The position numbers were made by a program, and so were the translations under genes. 60,000 bases of DNA from Laetmonice hystrix (lineage: Eukaryota): positions 6,636,001 to 6,696,000 of the forward strand of contig OZ249436.1 of NCBI GenBank assembly GCA_965235115.1, read 5' to 3'. Below are positions 52,632 to 60,000 of the stretch, piece by piece. Position 1 is the stretch's first letter. Each line of letters opens with the position of its first letter. The notes below the pieces were generated by a model, which did no database searches, had not been told where the DNA came from, and saw nothing but the letters and a program-made list of their open reading frames with translations.

Positions 52632-53028
52632 GGCGCCACCACTGTGGGATCATCCATCGCTACAGGCGTCACCACTGTGGGACAGTCTGGCCATTTAATC
52701 CTTACGAATCCTCACCTAGAGATAAATATATACGTTCCCAACATGACAGCCGCCATGGGCCTGAAATGTGAACTTATTGATTTATATAAAACGTACGAAA
52801 TGTTACGTAGGCCTATGGCCTGCTTTACAGTCGCCCGTCCCCATTCGTAATGGGGCTCTCTATGAATGGGCCATGCATTTCACGCCCCCAAGTCATTTTC
52901 ACGGTAATTATTTCATCTTATACCATTTCATTACCTCCAGAATACTGTTTCAAAAATCGCTCGAAATACTGTAGTCTTCATCACATTCAATACCTTGGAA
53001 TAGCTCTATCCATTACTATATACTCGAA

Positions 53029-53561
53029 ATATTCCTACTCTCCTAGCAGAGGTATTTGTGCTTCCGCTAGCAGTTGAAGAGTACGAATTCCTACTCTCCT
53101 CGCAGAGGTATGTGCTTCCGCTAGCAGTTGAAGAGTACGAATTCCTACTCTCCTCGCAGAAGTATGTGCTTCCGCTAGCAGTTGAAGAGTACGAATTCCT
53201 ACTCTCCTCGCAGAGGTATTTGTGCTTCCGGTAGCAGTTGAAGAGTACGAATTCCTACACTCCTGGCAGAAGTATTTGTGCTTCCGGTTGCAGTTGAAGA
53301 GTACGAATTCCTACTCTCCTCGCAGAGGTATTTGTGCTTCCGGTAGCAGTTGAAGAGTACGAATTCCTACACTCCTGGCAGAAGTATTTGTGCTTCCGGT
53401 TGCAGTTGAACAGTACGAATTCCTACTCTCCTCGCAGAGGTATTTGTGCTTCCGCTAGCAGTTGAGTACGAATTCCTACACTCCTAGCAGAAGTATTTGT
53501 GCTTCCGGTTGCAGTTGAACAGTACGAATTCCTACTCTCCTCGCAGAGGTATTTGTGCTTC
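53029..53561. repeat. Minisatellite, 56-bp unit GAATTCCTACTCTCCTCGCAGAGGTATTTGTGCTTCCGCTAGCAGTTGAAGAGTAC, ~9.5 copies
   Basis: Direct reading. Confidence 0.96.
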
Positions 53562-54816
53562 CATTTGTTTCCATTTGTCCCTCAAAGGTGTATGGTGGAA
53601 GGCAACCCTTTCCATTTGTCTATGGATGGTGTTTGGTGGACACCAACCGTTTCCATTTGTGTATGGATGGTGTATGGTGGAAACGAACCGTTTCCATTTG
53701 TCTATGGATGGTGTATGGTGGAAACGAACCTTTTCCATTTGTCTATGGATGGTGTATGGTGGAAACGAACCGTTTCCATTTGTCTATGGATGGTGTATGG
53801 TGGACACCAACCGTTTCCATTTGTGTATGGAGGGTGTATGGTGGAAACGAACCGTTTCCATTTGTCTATGGATGGTGTATGGTGGAAACGAACCGTTTCC
53901 ATTTGTCTATGGATGGTGTATGGTGGAAACGAACCGTTGCCATTTGTCTCTGAATGGTGTATGGTGGAAACGAACCGTTTCCATTTGTCTATGGATGGTG
54001 TATGGTGGAAACCAACCGTTTCCATTGGTCTATGGATGGTGTATGGTGGACACCAACCGTTTCCATTTGTCTCTGGATGGTGTATGGTGGACACCAACCG
54101 TTTCCATTTGTCTATGGATGGTGTATGGTGGACACCAACCGTTTCCATTTGTCTCTGAATGGTGTATGGTGGAAACCAACCGTTTCCATTTGTCTATGGA
54201 TGGTGTATGGTGGACACCAACCGTTTCCATTTGTCTCTGAATGGTGTATGGTGGAAACCAACCGTTTCCATTTGTCTATCGATGGTGTATGGTGGACACC
54301 AACCGTTTCCATTTGTCTATGGATGGTGTATGGTGGAAACGAACCGTTTCCATTTGCCTCTGGATGGTGTATGGTGAAAACGAACCGTTTCCATTTGTCT
54401 ATGGATGGTGTATGGTGGAAACCAACCGTTTCCATTTGTCTCTGGATGGTGTATGGTGAAAACGAACCGTTTCCATTTGTCTATGGATGGTTTATGGTGG
54501 ACAGCAACCGTTTCCATTTGTCTCTGGATGGTTTTTGGTGGAAACGAACCGTTTCCATTTGTCTCTAGATAGTGTATGGTGGAAACGAACCGTTTCCATT
54601 TGTCTATGGATGGTGTATGGTGGACACCAACCGTTTCCATTTGTCTCTGGATGGTGTATGGTGGACACCAACCGTTTCCATTTGTCTCTGGGTGGTGTAT
54701 GGTGGAAACGAACCGTTTCCATTTGTCTCTGGATGGTATATGGTGGACACCAACCGTTTCCATTTGTCTATGAATGGTGTATGGTGGAAACCAACCGTTT
54801 CCATTTGTCTCTGAAT
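53559..54816. repeat. Minisatellite, 41-bp unit TTCCATTTGTCTATGGATGGTGTATGGTGGAAACGAACCGT, ~30 copies
   Basis: Direct reading. Confidence 0.97.
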
Positions 54817-55241
54817 GTGGCAAGGATCTTTGTTATCAGATGCATGAATCAATACGCCCAGAGAAATATGCGCTGCCCTAGTCTACACCACGTGACTTGG
54901 TGGCCCAGTGACATCCATCTTCATAACACGAGAAATCTTTCCCGTCTCCAGCCTGATTGGTGTATATTATCTGGGATTAGATGAGGAGTTGTAGACCTAA
55001 TTCGATGAATCCAAGTGTTTAACGCTTGATGTTAACTAATGAGGAAAGATGCGTGGCTTTCTTTCGGCATTAGTCCAATAAAACGCTACTTTGGGCGATG
55101 CTCAGATCGGGATAGCTTTGATTTACGGTCGCATAGACCACTTTGGTAGAAAAAAGTTAATCTTTCTTGATTTTGAAAGTTGAATCTCGCCTCCTATCAA
55201 CTCGTTGTTCCTATTACCGGCACATACCAGACAAAATGTCT

Positions 55242-55964
55242 ACAATGTGTATCCGAAGTCAAGGCTACCACATTAACAATGTGTATCAGAAGTCAAGGCC
55301 ACCACATTAACAGTGTGTATCAGAAGACAAGGCCACCACATTAACAATGTGTATCAGAAGTCAAGGCGACCACATTATCAATGTGTATCAGAAGTCAAGG
55401 CGACCACATTAACAGTGTGTATCAGAAGTAAAGGCCACCACATTAACAATGTGTATCCGAAGTCAAGGCCACCACATTAACAGTGTGTATCCGAAGTCAA
55501 GGCGACCACATTAACAGTGTGTATCAGAAGTCAAGGCCACCACATTAACAATGTGTATCAGAAGTCAAGGCGACCACATTAACAGTGTGTATCCGAAGTC
55601 AAGGCGACCACATTAACAGTGTGTATCCGAAGTCAAGGCGACCACATTAACAGTGTGTATCCGAAGTCAAGGCGACCACATTAACAGTGTGTATCCGAAG
55701 TCAAGGCGACCACATTAACAGTGTGTATCAGAAGTCAAGGCGACCACATTAACAGTGTGTATCAGAAGTCAAGGCGACCACATTAACAGTGTGTATCAGA
55801 AGTCAAGGCGACAACACATTAACAATGTGTGTATCAGAAGTCAAGGCGACAACACATTAACAATGTGTGTATCAGAAGTCAAGGCGACCACATTAACAGT
55901 GTGTATCAGAAGTCAAGGCGACCACATTAACAATGTGTATCAGAAGTCAAGGCGACCACATTAA
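55242..55964. repeat. Minisatellite, 34-bp unit ACAGTGTGTATCAGAAGTCAAGGCGACCACATTA, ~21 copies
   Basis: Direct reading. Confidence 0.97.
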
Positions 55965-56308
55965 AGGGAATAGAAAAGTTCCTCACTAACGTACCTTTGA
56001 ACACCAGTAACACCATATAAAGTGTCTAAGGTCACACCGATAAGTGGAACACTGTCAACGGCGACTTTTTAAAAATACCGCCCGGGTCATTCGCTATTTC
56101 CCACGCGAGACAGCGGGAGCTATCTATTAATAGATTGAGATAAGGGCCAAATAGGGTAAAGAAACGGACGAAGCCAGCGGGAGAATGTCTCTACATTTCG
56201 GTTGATTATTCCTTTATTAAAGATCAGATAATCACAGAATTGTAGGTAAGAACAAGCTTGTTCATGCTGAACACCCTTATATTGATAGTTTGAACTTTTC
56301 TATTCCCT
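55965..56308. mobile_element. 344-bp MITE, Kolobok-type (TTAA TSD)
   Basis: TTAA(55961-64)-AGGGAATAGAAAAGTTC ... GAACTTTTCTATTCCCT-TTAA(56309-12); 17-bp perfect TIR. Confidence 0.88.
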
Positions 56309-56365
56309 TTAAGAAGGAGTAGGGGTTAGATTAGGACGACAGAGGTTAGGGCCAGGTGGACAACG

Positions 56366-56938
56366 AGACAAAGTCAGCTGGTGTATCTCGACCGTACCTC
56401 CGTAACGTGCACTAGACAAAGTCAGCTGGTGTATCTCGACCGTACCTCCGTACACGTGCACTAGACAAAGTCAGCTGGTGTATCTCGACCGTACCTCCGT
56501 AACGTGCACTAGACAAAGTCAGCTGGTGTATCTCGGCCGTACCTCCGTACACGTGCACTAGACAAAGTCAGCTGGTGTATCTCGACCGTACCTCCGTAAC
56601 GTGCACTAGACAAAGTCAGCTGGTGTATCTCGACCGTACCTCCGTACACGTGCACTAGACAAAGTCTGCTGGTGTATCTCGACCGTACCTCCGTCACGTG
56701 CACTAGACAAAGTCAGCTGGTGTATCTCGACCGTACCTCCGTAACGTGCACTAGACAAAGTCAGCTGGTGTATCTCGACCGTACCTCCGTACACGTGCAC
56801 TAGACAAAGTCAGCTGGTGTATCTCGACCGTACCTCCGTAAGGTGCACTAGACAAAGTCAGCTGGTGTATCTCGACCGTACCTCCGTAACGTGCACTAGA
56901 CAAAGTCAGCTGGTGTATCTCGACCGTACCTCCGTACA
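56366..56938. repeat. Minisatellite, 48/49-bp units AGACAAAGTCAGCTGGTGTATCTCGACCGTACCTCCGTA(C)ACGTGCACT, ~12 copies
   Basis: Direct reading; 48- and 49-mers alternate at the left end. Confidence 0.97.
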
Positions 56939-57999
56939 GGGTTAGCATTATTGATTCACAAAGCGAGCTGAATTACGAGCTGAGCATGTTGCACTATCTG
57001 ACCCCCACCGAGGGGGTGATGGGGACAGATGACCAGTGGATGACCGCTACTACCTGCTCCAGTTCCCATTGTTACCCTCTAAGTTACCCTGCCATGGTTT
57101 TACCCCGTATGCAGGGTCCAATATCGATCCCGACGCAGCTTCTCTGCTGGAACTATGCCAAAAATATAGCTCAGTATTCATGATAGAATTTGGGTTCCAC
57201 GCAGGCTGTGTTGATAAGTTCCACACAACAAACTAAATCAAAATTCCTCAGTACGAGAAAAAAGGGCAATGCATTATATACAGGTTTTACATAATATTGA
57301 AATTTGTGTAGATTCCTGACAATACTGTTCATAAGGTCATACATTGACATATTTGTGTAAATCCCCAGAATACTGTTCTGAAATTAAAACTCTCCAGGAT
57401 GTAAATCCACAATTACTGATCGTAAATTCGTCAGAAACAAAGTGTTGATGGTTTCCGGTAGGTGAGGGGATGACGAAAGTACCGGTTGACATCTTAGATC
57501 GTGAGTCATCAGATATTGATTGGTGTCCATGTCAAATGTCCAGTACGTTGTACTTTCAGACAATTAAGTTGACCCCCCCCCCCCCCGCCCCCTTCAGCGC
57601 TGGCTAAATTATGTTTAAGCGGCCAATCGCTTGATAAGAAGTGGCAAGTGTCACTAACGGGGGAGCTATAGGTCCCGACCTGCTGTGTCCAGGTGTGTCG
57701 CCAGTATGATGTTAGAAAACTGTGACCAACACGACGTCACCTGAGTCACAGGTGGTCACAGGAGGTCACAGGATGATTACTCGGGTCATAATGGTCTGAC
57801 GGACACCACTGGGGTTCATTATATTAACAAATTCTGAAATTAAAATGGTACATTCCATCAGATATACAAATAACATAAATGTATATAATTCAATCTTCTT
57901 GAAGCTTAAATTACGTTATTTTTACTTGATGGATCTCAATAGTTATAGAATTGCGCCGCTAAAATTGGTATGAAATTATTCCTAAAAAAAGTAACGTTA

Positions 58000-58300
58000 C
58001 ACTGTGGGAATGGCGTTTAGATTTTAAACACAATCCTAAACACATTTTGTCCCCATTTTTTAACACATCATTGGTCTAAACATGTCAAGGGCACAAGTCT
58101 TGAACTGTCTGTGGAAGTAAATCATGATACAAAAATGTTACAAACGTGTTTAGGAATATGACACAATATGGATCATGTTTAGATGTGTGCCATGTTTACA
58201 GGCGTTTAACTCTTGACATGTTTTGACCAATGATGTGTTAAAAGAGTGGGGACACAAATGTGTTTAGGATTGTGTTTAAAATCTACCCAATTTGGCCACA
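58000..58300. mobile_element. ~300-bp palindromic (foldback) MITE, possibly CACTA/CMC-like
   Basis: TAGATTTTAAACACAATCCTAAACACATTT..CATCATTGGTC.AAACATGTCAAG (from 58018) is mirrored by CTTGACATGTTT.GACCAATGATG..AAATGTGTTTAGGATTGTGTTTAAAATCTA (to 58285). Left end CACTGTGG; outer limits approximate. Confidence 0.75.
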
Positions 58301-59364
58301 AACCGGACATTTTAGCTTTTTAAGACCCTGAAGGCTGGTATTATAGGCGTAGATCTAGATACTTGTTAGTTCGTATGATAACAGATAGATGGCGAATATC
58401 GCGCCTGTCGTTTAGAATTAGTACAGTATTATACACCAGGTGGCGGTATCATCACCCGTCGGGATCAGCCGTTCGAAGACACGCGGTCCAGACAAATACC
58501 ACCAGAATCAGCCACCAGGTGGTAGCACTGTACCAGCAGCGGCTCGTCCCCGGCACGCGTGTGACGAGGCCGGGTGAAACAAGTCGATCTCCCGTTCTGG
58601 ATCCCCGTCATGTGCAGGCGAGCAGCGGACTCGCGCGCACGTGTTCCTTGGTAGCTTACACTGAATCAGCGACCACCATGTGGCTAGGCGGGATCTCTTA
58701 ACGTGGCAGCCCCGGCAATCAACTAACTCCTATACTCTGGGCCTACGTCTGATCTGAGACAGTTTGGGAAATCGTACCTTCTACTATTGTCGGATTTATC
58801 ATTGAAGGCCTTCCACTAACTGATACCACACACCTCAGTAAGTAAGTGGGCTTTCTCAACCTGTTGGTTTTACTTTTTTCATTCTGAATGGTGCAGGGTT
58901 TTTTTTGCTGTGTATCAGACTAGTTGCTGCCAAGTTGGGTTATTCTTCTCTGAATGATTACTTTTCTCCACATGTCTCAACTGCTCAGGCGTCTTACCTG
59001 TCGCATCTGTACCCAGCCTCACCAACGACAACTCTTAAAAAAATGTTTATTGAAGTTTTCGGCTACCTCTGAATTTGATTGTATTTACATTGTTCACGGT
59101 TATCAGTATGTTCTTTAGATAACATTGTTGGTTTTAACAGTTTGTTCCTCCAACGTACTCGCTTTCATTATTGGCTTTCATGTTGTCAAAGAGAGCAAAA
59201 AACCTTCGTGCCCGGTCCTTGGTGTCATCCAAACTGGTAGGATGCATTCTCAGTACTGCACCCAACTGTCGGGTATGTGCCAGTAACTAGAAGAGCGTTT
59301 TTGTTGTTGTTTACACGCCGTTGATTACCGATTCATTTACTCGCCTCCTGAAGATGCTGGCAGT

Positions 59365-59500
59365 GGTGGCGGCGAGAGTCTGGGAGGCGGGCGTGACTGG
59401 CAGGTGACATCTGCATAGCTGTTGTCAATCAGCGGCGTTCGCTCAGCCCCGCCTCCAGCCGACCAATCAGCGCAGCGTACCGCCTCACGTGGCGGCAAAC
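59365..59500. promoter_or_regulatory. Candidate proximal promoter (GC boxes, CCAAT, E-box)
   Basis: GGCGGG ~59387, CCCCGCC 59447-53, CCAATCAG from 59463, CACGTG 59486-91; GC-rich downstream sequence ends at a consensus donor GTGAGT (59988). Confidence 0.35.
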
Positions 59501-60000
59501 TTCGTGGGTCTATTTCACTCACTTGTGGGGAGCCGTCATTCGAAAAGTTTCTCGAGTAGCGTGGAGTTCGTAACACATGGTTGCTACCACTGACACGATG
59601 ATGTTGTTTTTACCTTTGAAGGTGCAGTGAGATGAGCTGAGAGCGGAGAGACGGCAGATTGCTGGGATGTCTCAAGGGGAGAGTGGAGGACAGAGGTAAC
59701 TTTGAGCGTCTTGCCCGTGTACACAGCGCAAAGTGAAGTGGATTAAGCGGGCCCGACTCTGATGGGGGCTGATGAGCAGTCCGGTCAAGGGCAGCGGCGT
59801 GGCTACCCCGCCCGAGGACGGACCTCTTCGGTACCGGGCGACCTATGGTGCCTTACCGGCTCGGAGACTTTCTCAACTCGTCGATTCCTACCGCCAGTGT
59901 CGTGTTAGACGTCGGCTGTTTGGTGCGGTCATGCTGTGCACAATCTTTTGGATTAGTTTGTACACTCTTAGCTTCAGTTGTTGTGTGGTGAGTAACCCTG

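Noticed and set aside
53497..54984. Many overlapping Trp/Met-rich ORFs (likewise 11116-12306, 18142-18622, 39379-41468)
   Set aside because: All are stop-poor minisatellite translations.
11221..56938. 28-66-bp repeat arrays as CRISPR arrays
   Set aside because: Units are head-to-tail with no unique spacers, there are no cas genes, and the context is eukaryotic.

Overview
Repeat-rich genomic DNA from an invertebrate animal. The H2B tail [17 protein letters not shown] looks annelid/lophotrochozoan, which is an inference. I found no intact protein-coding gene. Bases 1-9634 are a ~4.56-kb tandem duplication (two near-identical units plus a more diverged partial third). Each unit is a mosaic of a 1847-bp foldback DNA transposon (GGG..CCC ends, 4-bp TTTA TSD shown by an empty site in unit 3), a histone H2B pseudogene with its 3' stem-loop and octamer/TATA promoter, a divergent H2A-type promoter and 5'UTR joined at the expected start codon to a Tx1/L1-like ORF2 fragment, and a second 5' H2B fragment. 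The remainder (11-60 kb) holds 15 different minisatellite arrays (28-66-bp units, ~11.8 kb). It also holds two TTAA Kolobok-type MITEs, a 2-kb TIR element containing a 5'-truncated I-group LINE, several small MITEs and microsatellites, and an excess of TAGGCCTA/TACATGTA palindromes. Nearly all long ORFs in the track are repeat artefacts, and there is no CRISPR array.
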